A DNA stretch of 64,000 nucleotides from Ignavibacteria bacterium. Its GTDB lineage: Bacteria > Bacteroidota > Ignavibacteria > Kapaibacteriales > Kapaibacteriaceae. Shown here in pieces: positions 30,666-40,064 of this stretch (position 1 is the first letter of the stretch; every line of letters begins with the position of its first letter). A model generated the notes under the pieces. That model ran no database searches and was not told the DNA's origin. It saw only the letters and a program-made list of their open reading frames with translations. The stretch covers positions 145 through 64,144 of the forward strand of contig JACPPD010000012.1 of the NCBI GenBank assembly GCA_016191145.1, read 5' to 3'. Made by a program: the position numbers and the translations under genes.

Positions 30666-32501
30666 TCAGAAATTTCCACTCATCATTCTTACAACCCTGC
30701 TTTTCGGATCCAATGAAATAGCATACTGACGAATCCGCCAATACCCGGCAGTATCCTTCCGCTGCTCTAAAGTAAACATTGCATCGTTATACAACGCAGA
30801 CAGGACGGTTTGTGTTAAGGCAGAGTCTAGGCGGCTCGTGCGGCCATTGAGACTCGACGTGACGTATTCCAGGTAGTCTAACTGAGTCTTGGGTAGCAGT
30901 GTAGCGTCTTTCGTCAGCCGTAATAACGGCCCCACTGGCAAGGCCTTATATCCCACTGTAAAACCACGTTCTTCACTAAATATTTCCGGAGTTATGTAAA
31001 CGGGACGCGTCGGGTTTGCCTCGATAATAGCTTTCAACACATCAACAAAGCGCCGTTGAATTTCGACGGTATTGCGTTTTTGAGACATGAAAACATCGTT
31101 ATCGTACTCGAACGATCGAAGCCAGGGCATGTATGAATCAACCGCTGGTTGAGCTCCCTTCATCACATCGGGGTACATCTGGGCAAGGTAGGGGGCGTAC
31201 CAGGTTCGGCGTAACAGCTCTTTATCTATGATTGCCGCATCTGGTCTGTAGTGCTCCACCGTTTGTAAATACCATGCAGCAGAGCACATATAATCCCACT
31301 GACGCGTAATGATGATTGCATTCGGGCCTGCATTTATAAACGCCCATCGGGTATACGCATCAACAGCAAAGTGCTCAGAATAGTCCATATTCTTAAAATG
31401 AAGCATAAACGCAACTATGGGCAATAAGGCAATTGAATATTGAGTAAACGGCCTCAGTCGACTTGTCAGCCACGAAATGCCTGCGCCAAAAAATATTGTG
31501 AATACCACTATTGTTGGCAGAAAGTACGATTCAATATCCGGAATGGCGTATCCGAGCGAAATTCCAAGGTTACCAAGGGACATCGCCAACAGAGCATAAC
31601 CGATTGAGCGTTTCTGTGCAAATACAAAAGCGGCTCCCATGACAATTACTATCCATCCAACCCATAGGAAGTCCTGAGAAATAATAGTTATAAAGAGCGC
31701 TAGATTCTCTCGAACCGCCGACGCATCGCTAAACATCCATACGCCAAATTGCGTTCCTTTCACATGATAAATAAATTCAGCAAATCCGCGATGAACCATT
31801 CCCCAATTGATTGGAGGAAGCTGTGCGCTGCGCAAAGGCAATAATGCATACAACGATGGACCAACAATCATGGGAACCATCAACCATGGCAGCGCCTTCT
31901 TTCTGACAACTGTTCCATCAGTAGCACCCCACCACATCCATATAACACCGGGCAGCAAGAACACGGACGACACATGGTTAGCAAGCATAAAGCCAAACAT
32001 TATGCCAGCAAGGACTGTGTTGACGATTATCCGTTCCTTGTTGGAATGCAGGAGTAATAAAAAATGCAACAAACCAACAAATAGCAATAGATTAAGCGAA
32101 TACACCTCGACGGCAGTGCTTTGAGACCATACCGTTGAGCCAACGCTGAAAAGTGCAGCCGTAAACACCGCTCCCAATAACGCAGTACGTTCACTAATCG
32201 ATGGTAATGAAAGCAAAACGATGCGGCGCACTACCGGCACCATAAGAGCGGCGGCAGCAGCGGTGTACATTGCAACTAATAGGTTAAGGCCTTCCACTGC
32301 AGAAAGCCACGGGAGGAATGTCCAAACATGTCCAATCAGCGTGAACAGTGGGTATCCTGTTGGGTGCGCAACACCCCATGTTTTACATGCTGCAGCAAGT
32401 TCACCTACGTCTGTATAGAAGAGTCCGGGAGCTTGCGTAAGGATGTAAACAGTGCAAGTCGCAACGCCAACAATGAGGGAAGCGCGGAGTGTAGCCGACA
32501 T
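30666..32501 (-). CDS. DUF2723 (TMEM260-like, GT-C-fold) multi-pass membrane protein
   Basis: VYILTQAPGLFYTDVGELAAACKTWGVAHPTGYPLFTLIGHVW is the DUF2723 N-terminal signature as I recall it. There are more than 10 TM segments plus a soluble C-terminal domain. Start chosen at MSATLRAS (32501), because the longer ORF overlaps the upstream gene by 80 nt. Confidence 0.78.
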   Translation of the reverse strand: MSATLRASLIVGVATCTVYILTQAPGLFYTDVGELAAACKTWGVAHPTGYPLFTLIGHVWTFLPWLSAVEGLNLLVAMYTAAAAALMVPVVRRIVLLSLPSISERTALLGAVFTAALFSVGSTVWSQSTAVEVYSLNLLLFVGLLHFLLLLHSNKERIIVNTVLAGIMFGFMLANHVSSVFLLPGVIWMWWGATDGTVVRKKALPWLMVPMIVGPSLYALLPLRSAQLPPINWGMVHRGFAEFIYHVKGTQFGVWMFSDASAVRENLALFITIISQDFLWVGWIVIVMGAAFVFAQKRSIGYALLAMSLGNLGISLGYAIPDIESYFLPTIVVFTIFFGAGISWLTSRLRPFTQYSIALLPIVAFMLHFKNMDYSEHFAVDAYTRWAFINAGPNAIIITRQWDYMCSAAWYLQTVEHYRPDAAIIDKELLRRTWYAPYLAQMYPDVMKGAQPAVDSYMPWLRSFEYDNDVFMSQKRNTVEIQRRFVDVLKAIIEANPTRPVYITPEIFSEERGFTVGYKALPVGPLLRLTKDATLLPKTQLDYLEYVTSSLNGRTSRLDSALTQTVLSALYNDAMFTLEQRKDTAGYWRIRQYAISLDPKSRVVRMMSGNF

Positions 32502-32586
32502 CAGTATGCTGAGTATTGGTGGAGCGGTGAAAAAATAAGGATTTGATTTCTGCTGGAAATTCTGCGATGTATTAATCCAGTCATGT

Positions 32587-34260
32587 TCAGTATCCGATTC
32601 GAGCTTCGATTGAACCGTACCAAAACGCCAAGGGACTATTGCCTCCATTTTTGTTTGTATAACCAAGTCTTACATCGGTAAATACATTGGGGATCCATTC
32701 CGCGGAGAACCATACGCGTATGCGCTGTTGGTAGCTAACATTACCCCGAAGAAATCTATTCCCTTGCAAGTCGTCGGCGTCTCCGCGCAGGATATCGCCC
32801 CCTACATTACCGATTGCGACCATGGATCCCGACCCTGGGAAGCGGGGATCCTCGCCCATGACGATCTTGCCATTGGAGTCGAGAAGATTTTCGCCGTGGC
32901 GTGTGAAATCAACGTCGATGCGTATAAATGTTTGCGGCTTGAACCACGTTCTCCATTGCAAAGCAATGCGATCGCTGTTTGGCTGCATATCGTATCCAAC
33001 TGGTGCGTCGAAATTCGTGTACGATGCATTGATACTGCGATGCGAAAACGCAAATGGATCCATACGCACATACTCAACACTTGCAAGCGAACGTAAGCCT
33101 GCTTCACCATTTCCAAAAGACTGTGTAACACCAATCTGAAACGCAAATTTGTTGTTATTGCCGGCGGCAGAGGTATCACCAAGCGTCGAAAAACTCAGAT
33201 CGTCTACAACGAGAGATCCGTAGGCCATTGTTCCATTCATTGGTCTAACGGCAGCATCAATTGCAAGCAGTGAGTTATCATTTGCGTTGCGTTCAGCTGT
33301 GCCTAATCCGGCAGAGGTATAGAATGCCAACGGGTTAAGATAAGCTAAATCGAGTCCCCTTCCCCAGTAAACAATCATGTCGTTGACGCCAATACTTAAC
33401 CAGGATGCTGGGTCAAATGCGATTCTGTGCGTGGCAATATACTTCGTTGGGACAGCCTTCCCGGTAGTATCCGTTCCATTTGCACTGGAATGTGTTGTAG
33501 TGAACCTGAATGACTTGTATGGAATATCAATGAGAAGTCCGTCAAGAAGGGGAGCATCGATTGAATGAACAAAGTTGTCGATGGGAGAAAAACCGTACTG
33601 CAAAGCTTCGCGACCGAAGCGAATGCGAAGCCAATCGCTTTGATACTGAATATATCCTACATACTGGTCGAAGAACGTTGTGTCTTCCGAAACAAACCTC
33701 GTTATCCGTGCAAGAGTAGGATCGGCTTTTGCAATACGACGAGATTCGCCTTTAAAGCGCATTCCATTCGACAATTCGAGAAAATATCCAAAATGTTTTT
33801 CGAATGAACCCAGCATTCTAAACGATGGGCGCGCCAGCAGGAAAAAATCCGACGTCGAATCATTATTTGTTATGCCAGGTCGAACCATCATTGAGACATC
33901 GGCCTGAAGTCGTGCAACTCCATCGTTCAAGGTAAGGCCTCTGAATCTGCCATTCGAAGTCCGCGCGAATTCTACGCCCTGCGTCGGAGCTGAATTCATA
34001 TAAGCAGGGCCATAGTACTCCATAAGGTATTTCGTAAACAAACTGACCGTATCGAGACTGTCACCACTCAAGGTATAAATCGATTGAGGCCAGACTGCCA
34101 TTTTCCCCGGAGTGGTTGTGCCATCGACGGCACGTAGCAACACTTGGTCCATAGAGACACGCTCTGAACTGATATCTGCATTCTGAGCTTCAAGTATTGA
34201 AATGACGGCAAAATTCCAGAATACCAGAAATGAGACTAGAACTATTCGCCGTGATGCCAT
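32587..34260 (-). CDS. Outer-membrane beta-barrel protein of unknown function (possibly Wzi-like)
   Basis: 557 aa with a signal peptide ending ILEAQN, alternating beta-strand pattern throughout, and an aromatic C-terminus (ARIGY). The Wzi resemblance is a guess. Confidence 0.5.
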   Translation of the reverse strand: MASRRIVLVSFLVFWNFAVISILEAQNADISSERVSMDQVLLRAVDGTTTPGKMAVWPQSIYTLSGDSLDTVSLFTKYLMEYYGPAYMNSAPTQGVEFARTSNGRFRGLTLNDGVARLQADVSMMVRPGITNNDSTSDFFLLARPSFRMLGSFEKHFGYFLELSNGMRFKGESRRIAKADPTLARITRFVSEDTTFFDQYVGYIQYQSDWLRIRFGREALQYGFSPIDNFVHSIDAPLLDGLLIDIPYKSFRFTTTHSSANGTDTTGKAVPTKYIATHRIAFDPASWLSIGVNDMIVYWGRGLDLAYLNPLAFYTSAGLGTAERNANDNSLLAIDAAVRPMNGTMAYGSLVVDDLSFSTLGDTSAAGNNNKFAFQIGVTQSFGNGEAGLRSLASVEYVRMDPFAFSHRSINASYTNFDAPVGYDMQPNSDRIALQWRTWFKPQTFIRIDVDFTRHGENLLDSNGKIVMGEDPRFPGSGSMVAIGNVGGDILRGDADDLQGNRFLRGNVSYQQRIRVWFSAEWIPNVFTDVRLGYTNKNGGNSPLAFWYGSIEARIGY

Positions 34261-34297
34261 CGCTTAGTTATAGATAACGTGCATTCTAATCACTGCA

Positions 34298-35053
34298 CTA
34301 TCGTTGAACAATCGTAGGCTTACACTTGCACAAATCTGAAACTGTTTTGAGCTCCTTTAAAGCTTCAGGTTCGGAAAGATACTCTCCAACCTGAACAGTG
34401 TACTGCATAGTACTACCGATTTTCGTATCGGTAAGAAATACTTTCATCCGGCTCTTTTTAAATGTATTTACCATCTTCTGAGCCGCAGCTTTATCTGCTG
34501 TGCCCAAAGTTGCCATAGTGTATTTGACTGCAACTGTCGGTGTTGGAGTATCCGGTTTCTTCTGTGCAACTGGAGAAGCTTGTGCTGCAGTTGTTGCTGG
34601 CACCGGAACAACAAAGGCAGCGCTAAGAGCATTATATGCTATAGGAAGCAAATCACTCTGACCGTACTGATCTCGCATGATTTTAAAGTATGCCTTGGCT
34701 TTGACGCTGTCCCGTTGTATCACCGAAGTAACTACAAGCCTAAGCAGAGCATCATCGGCCCATTCGCTTGATGAATATTGTTGAAAAATCCTCTCGAGCA
34801 ACGGTTGAGCCTTCTTAGGTTCATCAACGAGGCTGGCATGCAAGAACATGACTGCGGCGTCGTCCGGCCTATCAATCAACAAGTCGGGCAGCGCTTTTTT
34901 TGCGTCGTTCGTCCACCCATTCGCTATTTGCTGGATATAGGTTTTTATACTTGTTTGTGAAGTGAGAGGAAGGGCCAACAAAGGCAGAAGGAGGCCTATC
35001 CAGGGAATGAAGTTGCGGGAGCATGACGAATCCGCAAAGCGAAAGAGAAGCAT
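34298..35053 (-). CDS. SPOR-domain (peptidoglycan-binding) protein with TPR-like N-terminal region
   Basis: It has a signal peptide, a helical repeat region, a Pro/Ala/Thr linker, and a C-terminal KYTMATLGT...YTVQVGEYLSEPEALKELK SPOR-like fold pattern. Confidence 0.68.
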   Translation of the reverse strand: MLLFRFADSSCSRNFIPWIGLLLPLLALPLTSQTSIKTYIQQIANGWTNDAKKALPDLLIDRPDDAAVMFLHASLVDEPKKAQPLLERIFQQYSSSEWADDALLRLVVTSVIQRDSVKAKAYFKIMRDQYGQSDLLPIAYNALSAAFVVPVPATTAAQASPVAQKKPDTPTPTVAVKYTMATLGTADKAAAQKMVNTFKKSRMKVFLTDTKIGSTMQYTVQVGEYLSEPEALKELKTVSDLCKCKPTIVQR

Positions 35054-35144
35054 TATCAATTACGGTACATGGTTTATGAATGGGTAAAAATACACTAATC
35101 GGCATACTTTTGGCTGAAGCTTAGATTTTGACCACGAACGGAAA

Positions 35145-36296
35145 TTGAGTCCGAAATTGCAAACGAATTCATTTCGACTAGTTGTTGCTGCCGGAGGAAC
35201 TGGTGGACATATCTATCCGGCAGTTGCAGTTGTCGAAGCCTTAAGAGAGCAGCTCGGTGATGCAATTGAAGTTGAATTTCTTGGAAGTGAAGATCGTCTT
35301 GAAACAACAATTATTCCCGCATTAGGATTCCGCCTAACGTCCATGCCTATACAAGGTTTTCGTGGCTTGCTCTCGCCTGGTACATTATTGTTGCCACTTA
35401 AAATTTTTAGGTCGATACGAATTGCCCGATCTCTAATCAGCGCTTTTAAACCACATTGTGTGATTTGTACCGGTGCATACATATCTTACCCGGTGGGTAT
35501 TGCGGCATACAAAGAGAATATTCCATTCATCGTGATGGAGTCTAACGTTAATCTTGGAAAGACCAATTATCAATTGGCAAAGCGCGCCACAAGGATTGTT
35601 CTTTCGTTTGAGGAAAGTATTACGCATATCCCTTCAAGGCTGAGGTCGAAAGCTGTAGTTCTTGGAAATCCTGTCAGATCGATGATCACGAGAGAGAAAA
35701 ATGTAGGCGAGTGCAGAATGAAGATGGGATTGAGGGAAGACCTTCCAACAATTCTCGTGTTTGGAGGAAGTTTGGGAGCACGCTCAATAAATTCAACCGT
35801 GCAACGAATGGTCAATGCCTTCGCAAACGATGAAATCCGCAGAGATATTCAAATCATCTGGCAAACAGGAAAGAATTTCAAACCCGAAATTCCGGCAGAT
35901 ATAGGCCATTTGATTCGTACGATGCCGTTTATCGACGATATGGATTCTGCCTATGGTAGTGCCGATCTTGTTATTTCGAGAAGCGGCGCCACAACACTTG
36001 CTGAACTAGGCATTGTTGGTAAACCAGCCATACTTGTTCCGCTCCCTTCAGCATCGATGAACGAGCAATTGCTGAATGGGCGGATTGCGGAAGAAAGAGG
36101 AGCTGCCATAGTTGTTCCCGATGATGAAGTTAGCGAACGTCTGCCGCGTGTTATCAGAGACTTGCTTGATGATCCTTTGCGATTGACGGTAATGTCGGCC
36201 TCGATGAAAAAACTTGGACGTGAACATGCAGCTCATGATGTTGCAAGGCTTGTTTTGGAGACAGGCGGACGTACTTTTAACGGAGAACGTGCATGA
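35145..36296 (+). CDS. murG: UDP-N-acetylglucosamine--N-acetylmuramyl-(pentapeptide) pyrophosphoryl-undecaprenol N-acetylglucosamine transferase
   Basis: AAGGTGGHIYPAVAV, FGGSLGARSIN, and ISRSGATTLAELGIVGKPAILVPLP...NEQ. No ATG precedes the G-loop, so a TTG start is inferred. Confidence 0.92.
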   Translation: MSPKLQTNSFRLVVAAGGTGGHIYPAVAVVEALREQLGDAIEVEFLGSEDRLETTIIPALGFRLTSMPIQGFRGLLSPGTLLLPLKIFRSIRIARSLISAFKPHCVICTGAYISYPVGIAAYKENIPFIVMESNVNLGKTNYQLAKRATRIVLSFEESITHIPSRLRSKAVVLGNPVRSMITREKNVGECRMKMGLREDLPTILVFGGSLGARSINSTVQRMVNAFANDEIRRDIQIIWQTGKNFKPEIPADIGHLIRTMPFIDDMDSAYGSADLVISRSGATTLAELGIVGKPAILVPLPSASMNEQLLNGRIAEERGAAIVVPDDEVSERLPRVIRDLLDDPLRLTVMSASMKKLGREHAAHDVARLVLETGGRTFNGERA

Positions 36297-36796
36297 ACGA
36301 AGCATCGGGTGTTACCGACAGCTCGGCAGATTTCAAGGTTCGCCTAGATCAATACTGGAAGTCTGTTGCAGTATATGCGATAACGTTGATTGTATATGTG
36401 GTAATTAAGTCTATGTGGGATTCAACGCTTCAGCAAGGAATTGTAAATGTAGTGTTAACCGATCCCGTGGTAGTACTTCTTGGTGCATTCGTTGTAGCAT
36501 CGGCAGTTACACTAATTGCAAATCTCATTTCGAGACGTTCTCTTGTGATTGGTGAAAGAGGAATAACCTTCCGATCGAGATTTCACGAACGTACGTTTAC
36601 TCAGGAGGATATTGAGTCAATTACAGTCGGTAAAGACCGACGCATACGCATCAAGGGAGTTCTTTCTGTTGTAAAAGTTCGGATACGCGGCAGACGACGT
36701 GTGCTCAGAATACGTCCGGCCGTTTACGATGATGAAAGACGACTTGTATCTGCATTAATGTCTTTAAAATCCCACCTTCGTAATAGAGCAGCATGA
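36293..36796 (+). CDS. Two-TM membrane protein with basic C-terminal PH-like (bPH?) domain
   Basis: 167 aa with an ATGA overlap with murG, GGAG upstream, two hydrophobic helices, then GITFRSRFHERTFTQEDIESITVGKDRRIRIKG. The domain call is tentative. Confidence 0.5.
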   Translation: MNEASGVTDSSADFKVRLDQYWKSVAVYAITLIVYVVIKSMWDSTLQQGIVNVVLTDPVVVLLGAFVVASAVTLIANLISRRSLVIGERGITFRSRFHERTFTQEDIESITVGKDRRIRIKGVLSVVKVRIRGRRRVLRIRPAVYDDERRLVSALMSLKSHLRNRAA

Positions 36797-37374
36797 AGAA
36801 GACATTCATGTTCATGGCAATATTACCTGTTCTTGCCTGCTCCGGATGGGCACGAGAGATTGCACCCGCAGACCAGATACTCGATTCGTTGTTAGTGGAC
36901 GTGTGCGCCGAAATTGCCAACCAGATTCCGCCAATTGATACGCTGCACATAGACGTGAGCATTCATCCCGATGCGGAATTTGTCGAGTCTGTTTTGCTCG
37001 AATCATTAAGCAAGCGTACTACAGTATTTTCTCGGACAAACGGCAACAATATATTAAAAATTATAATCAACGATATGTCAACAAGATACCGTTTGGTGGA
37101 TGACGATAGTGTTCAACGTGTGATCACTGTAACATTAAGGGCCTCTCTGGAATTAAACGGCGTGGTAAAGCCCCTTAACATAACGGACCGATCGCGCATC
37201 GATGTTGGCAGCCGGAGAGAGGCTGAGCAAGCAGATTCCGAACAGCATGCAGCTTCTCACGGACATGTCCCCGATGCTGAGAGAACATTTTGGGACGACA
37301 TTTTGGAACCTGCAATTTTTGTTGCGGTAGCAGCAACAACGGTAATACTTTTATTTACAGTTAGATCCAAATGA
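36793..37374 (+). CDS. Hypothetical envelope protein (signal peptide/lipobox plus C-terminal TM anchor)
   Basis: 193 aa with VLACSG lipobox-like signal and C-terminal AIFVAVAATTVILLF. ATGA overlaps on both sides. Confidence 0.5.
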   Translation: MKKTFMFMAILPVLACSGWAREIAPADQILDSLLVDVCAEIANQIPPIDTLHIDVSIHPDAEFVESVLLESLSKRTTVFSRTNGNNILKIIINDMSTRYRLVDDDSVQRVITVTLRASLELNGVVKPLNITDRSRIDVGSRREAEQADSEQHAASHGHVPDAERTFWDDILEPAIFVAVAATTVILLFTVRSK

Positions 37375-37871
37375 GTAGCCGAAAGCAACTAATACTCATA
37401 CGACACGCAAAGTCGGATTGGGCTGATTCTTCACTCAAAGACTTTGATAGACCGTTGAATGTAAGGGGCATGAAGGACGCACCATTCATGGCAGATTGGC
37501 TAAAGGAAGCAGTTGGCAGCGTCGATGCGTTTTATTCAAGCCCGGCGAAGAGAGCGCAGCAAACGGCGAAAATCTTTATCGAGGCATTGGTCCCGCCTAC
37601 TTCTTACACGGTAGATAAACTTTACGATGCAGATATTGAGGATGTCATTAATGTTATCACTTCAATTCCTCCGACAATCAGGCGTGCTGTTCTTGTAGCA
37701 CACAATCCAGGTCTTACGCAAGCCGCAGAGTATCTGACTGCGACAACACTTCACAACATACCTACATCTGGAGTTGTTGTTTTGGATCTAATTGTGGATG
37801 AGTGGTCGGACGCCGGCAGAGGGACAGCTACGGTAAGTGTAATTGGTAAGCCGAAAGAGATAATGGAATGA
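37371..37871 (+). CDS. sixA: Histidine phosphatase superfamily protein, SixA-like
   Basis: LILIRHAKSDW (RHG-type motif) and VLVAHNPGL; 166 aa. Confidence 0.8.
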   Translation: MSSRKQLILIRHAKSDWADSSLKDFDRPLNVRGMKDAPFMADWLKEAVGSVDAFYSSPAKRAQQTAKIFIEALVPPTSYTVDKLYDADIEDVINVITSIPPTIRRAVLVAHNPGLTQAAEYLTATTLHNIPTSGVVVLDLIVDEWSDAGRGTATVSVIGKPKEIME

Positions 37872-37873
37872 CC

Positions 37874-38851
37874 CTACCAAAGGTGCTGCACACCATTCCG
37901 CTCGTCAAGCAATTCCTTGAAGCTTTCGTCCATGCGTGTTCGCGAGAACTCGCTGATTTCCAGACCCTGAACGATGCTATAGGTACCATTTGAGCAAGTT
38001 ACCGGGTAGCCGTAATAGACACCTTCGGGAATACCGTACGAGCCGTCGCTGGCAACGCCCATTGTTGTCCAGTCGCCATCGGGTGTACCATGTACCCAAT
38101 TGCGCATGTGTTCGATGGCTGCGTTAGCGGCGGAAGCTGCAGACGAAAATCCTCTTGCTTCGATAATTGCGGCGCCACGTTTTGCAACAGTTGGGATAAA
38201 GACATCTGTCAGCCACGAATCGTCGTTAATCGTGGGCCACACTTTTTTTCCGTCGGCTTCGAGATTTGAAACATCCGGATACTGTGTAACAGAATGGTTG
38301 CCCCATACCGTCATTTTTCGAAGTTGGCTTGTGTGAATCCCTGATTTCTGCGATATCTGCGACAACGCCCGGTTGTGATCCAGCCTCATAAGAGCCGATA
38401 TATTTTTGGGGTCGAGGTCGGGAGCGCTCTTGCTGGTAATCAGAGCATTAGTATTAGCAGGGTTGCCCACAATTACAATTTTTGCGTGTCTGCTCGCAAC
38501 CTCATTGAGTGCTCGTCCCTGAACAGTAAATATTTGAGCGTTGGCTTCAAGGAGATCCTTACGCTCCATCCCCTTTGTGCGTGGGCGCGCCCCTACGAGG
38601 ACTGCATAGTCTGCATCTCGAAAGGCAACTGCTGCATCATCAGTTTGAACAATGCCATGTAGCGTCGGGAACGCACAGTCATCCAACTCCATGGCCACAC
38701 CCTTTAGGGCCTGAAGTGCAGGCGTTAATTCCAGCAACTGAAGTATCACTGGCTGATCGGGTCCGAACATTGCGCCGCTTGCAATCCGAAACAGCAGACT
38801 ATATCCAATTTGTCCTGCGGCGCCAGTTACCGCCACTCTAACAGGCTTCAT
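37874..38851 (-). CDS. mdh: Malate dehydrogenase (NAD-dependent, long dimeric type)
   Basis: [34 protein letters not shown] and RLDHNRA motifs; 325 aa. Confidence 0.95.
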   Translation of the reverse strand: MKPVRVAVTGAAGQIGYSLLFRIASGAMFGPDQPVILQLLELTPALQALKGVAMELDDCAFPTLHGIVQTDDAAVAFRDADYAVLVGARPRTKGMERKDLLEANAQIFTVQGRALNEVASRHAKIVIVGNPANTNALITSKSAPDLDPKNISALMRLDHNRALSQISQKSGIHTSQLRKMTVWGNHSVTQYPDVSNLEADGKKVWPTINDDSWLTDVFIPTVAKRGAAIIEARGFSSAASAANAAIEHMRNWVHGTPDGDWTTMGVASDGSYGIPEGVYYGYPVTCSNGTYSIVQGLEISEFSRTRMDESFKELLDERNGVQHLW

Positions 38852-39114
38852 GAATTTGCAGATTCAGGGTATACAGAAACTTTGAGGCGTGTTTTATCCT
38901 TGCGTTCGAATTTTACCACACCATCAATCGTGGAATAAATCGTATAGTCTTTGCCTAGGCCAACGTTTTTACCCGGGTGAAACTTGGTTCCGTTCTGACG
39001 GATGATGATATTTCCACCCACTACACGCTCACCGCCGAACTTCTTTACTCCGAGGCGCTGCGCATTAGAATCGCGACCATTCTTAGTAGAACCGCCGCCT
39101 TTCTTGTGTGCCAT
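38848..39114 (-). CDS. rpmA: 50S ribosomal protein L27
   Basis: The [25 protein letters not shown]-terminus. Confidence 0.98.
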   Translation of the reverse strand: MAHKKGGGSTKNGRDSNAQRLGVKKFGGERVVGGNIIIRQNGTKFHPGKNVGLGKDYTIYSTIDGVVKFERKDKTRLKVSVYPESANS

Positions 39115-39124
39115 GACTGATTCC

Positions 39125-39433
39125 TTAGATTTTTATCTCGTTAATGGTAATTCGTGTGAAATGCTGCCGGTGGCCATTCAATTTCTGATAGCCCTTGCGC
39201 CTCTTTTTATGAAACACGAGAACTTTATCACCCTTCCCGTGCTCATTAACCGTTGCCTTAATGGTTCCCTTGATGTACGGAGTTCCAACGCGTACGTCTC
39301 CGGAATTGCTTGCAAGCAGGATGTTATTGAATTCCACCGAGTCGCCAACATTTGACTTTAACAGAGGGACTGTGAGTGTTTGATTGGGAGTAACAGCAAA
39401 CTGCTCACCCGCTATTTCGACGACTGCGTACAT
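39125..39433 (-). CDS. rplU: 50S ribosomal protein L21
   Basis: [12 protein letters not shown]...GHRQHFTRI pattern; 102 aa. Confidence 0.98.
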   Translation of the reverse strand: MYAVVEIAGEQFAVTPNQTLTVPLLKSNVGDSVEFNNILLASNSGDVRVGTPYIKGTIKATVNEHGKGDKVLVFHKKRRKGYQKLNGHRQHFTRITINEIKI

Positions 39434-39580
39434 TGATGTCTCTATGCTTTGAATGCAAAAAAAGGACTCGCAATATACGGAAATCTAAAATCCAGGGAAA
39501 TCCTACCCGCTGGTTTGAGGTATCTCAGGTTGAGATCCATCTGAGATCGAAAACGCCCCTGTGATGAAAACCATAAAACC

Positions 39581-39608
39581 ATGCCGGGTATCTCTTGATA
39601 CCCGGCAT
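39581..39608. repeat. Perfect palindrome copy 1: ATGCCGGGTATC-TCTT-GATACCCGGCAT
   Basis: Read directly. It has 12-bp arms and a 4-nt loop, an A-rich 5' flank, and a catgatttttta 3' flank. Confidence 0.95.
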
Positions 39609-39625
39609 CATGATTTTTTACCTCC

Positions 39626-39653
39626 ATGCCGGGTATCAAGAGATACCCGGCAT
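39626..39653. repeat. Perfect palindrome copy 2: ATGCCGGGTATC-AAGA-GATACCCGGCAT
   Basis: Read directly. The arms are the same as copy 1 and the loop is reverse-complemented. It shares the cc...catg flanks. Confidence 0.95.
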
Positions 39654-39692
39654 CATGGTTTATGCAATTCTCTCCCGGTCACTTCCAGGTGC

Positions 39693-40064
39693 ATGGAGAA
39701 AATCCTCTTCGTTACAGTAACATTGCCGCATGGCATGCGTAACTCGCCCCCCTCGATGATAACAATCGGCACCATACGCCTTCCAACGGAGGCACTGATC
39801 TGGATTGGAGCGCTTGTAGGACTAGCCCTCTTTGGTACCAACCTGCACGGTCATCTATCGTTCTGTATCCCAACGCTGCTCGGTTTGAATGGCTGCATTG
39901 GTTGCGGACTCGGACACTCAATAGCCCTGACGCTGCATGGTGATTGGGAAGGGGCTTTTAGGGCTCATCTGATGGGAATACCTGCAGTGGGAATTTTACT
40001 CTTTCGAAGCATATCGATGATTCGACAATCAAACAATAATTCACAAGGATTTTTACATGGCTAA
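39693..40064 (+). CDS. DUF2752 domain membrane protein
   Basis: CIPTLLGLNGCIGCGLGHSIALTLHGDWEGAFRAH fits the DUF2752 C...G..CxGCG...A...G pattern. Start chosen at MEKILF (39693), because the upstream part of the ORF runs through the palindromes. Confidence 0.7.
   Translation: MEKILFVTVTLPHGMRNSPPSMITIGTIRLPTEALIWIGALVGLALFGTNLHGHLSFCIPTLLGLNGCIGCGLGHSIALTLHGDWEGAFRAHLMGIPAVGILLFRSISMIRQSNNNSQGFLHG

Noticed and set aside
32502-32666. N-terminal extension of the DUF2723 ORF overlapping the upstream barrel gene by 80 nt
   Set aside because: The family signature begins right after the Met at 32501, and the extension has no TM or conserved pattern. The start remains uncertain.
39579-39657. Twin palindromes as a mini CRISPR array
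   Set aside because: There are only two copies with a 17-nt spacer. Neither the repeat structure nor the spacing is CRISPR-like, and no cas genes are in the window.
39442-39692. ORFs 39442-39639 (minus) and the first 44 codons of 39561-40064 (plus) encoding repeated CRVS.DTRHH peptides
   Set aside because: The repeated peptides are a translation artefact of the twin palindromes. No start context supports them.
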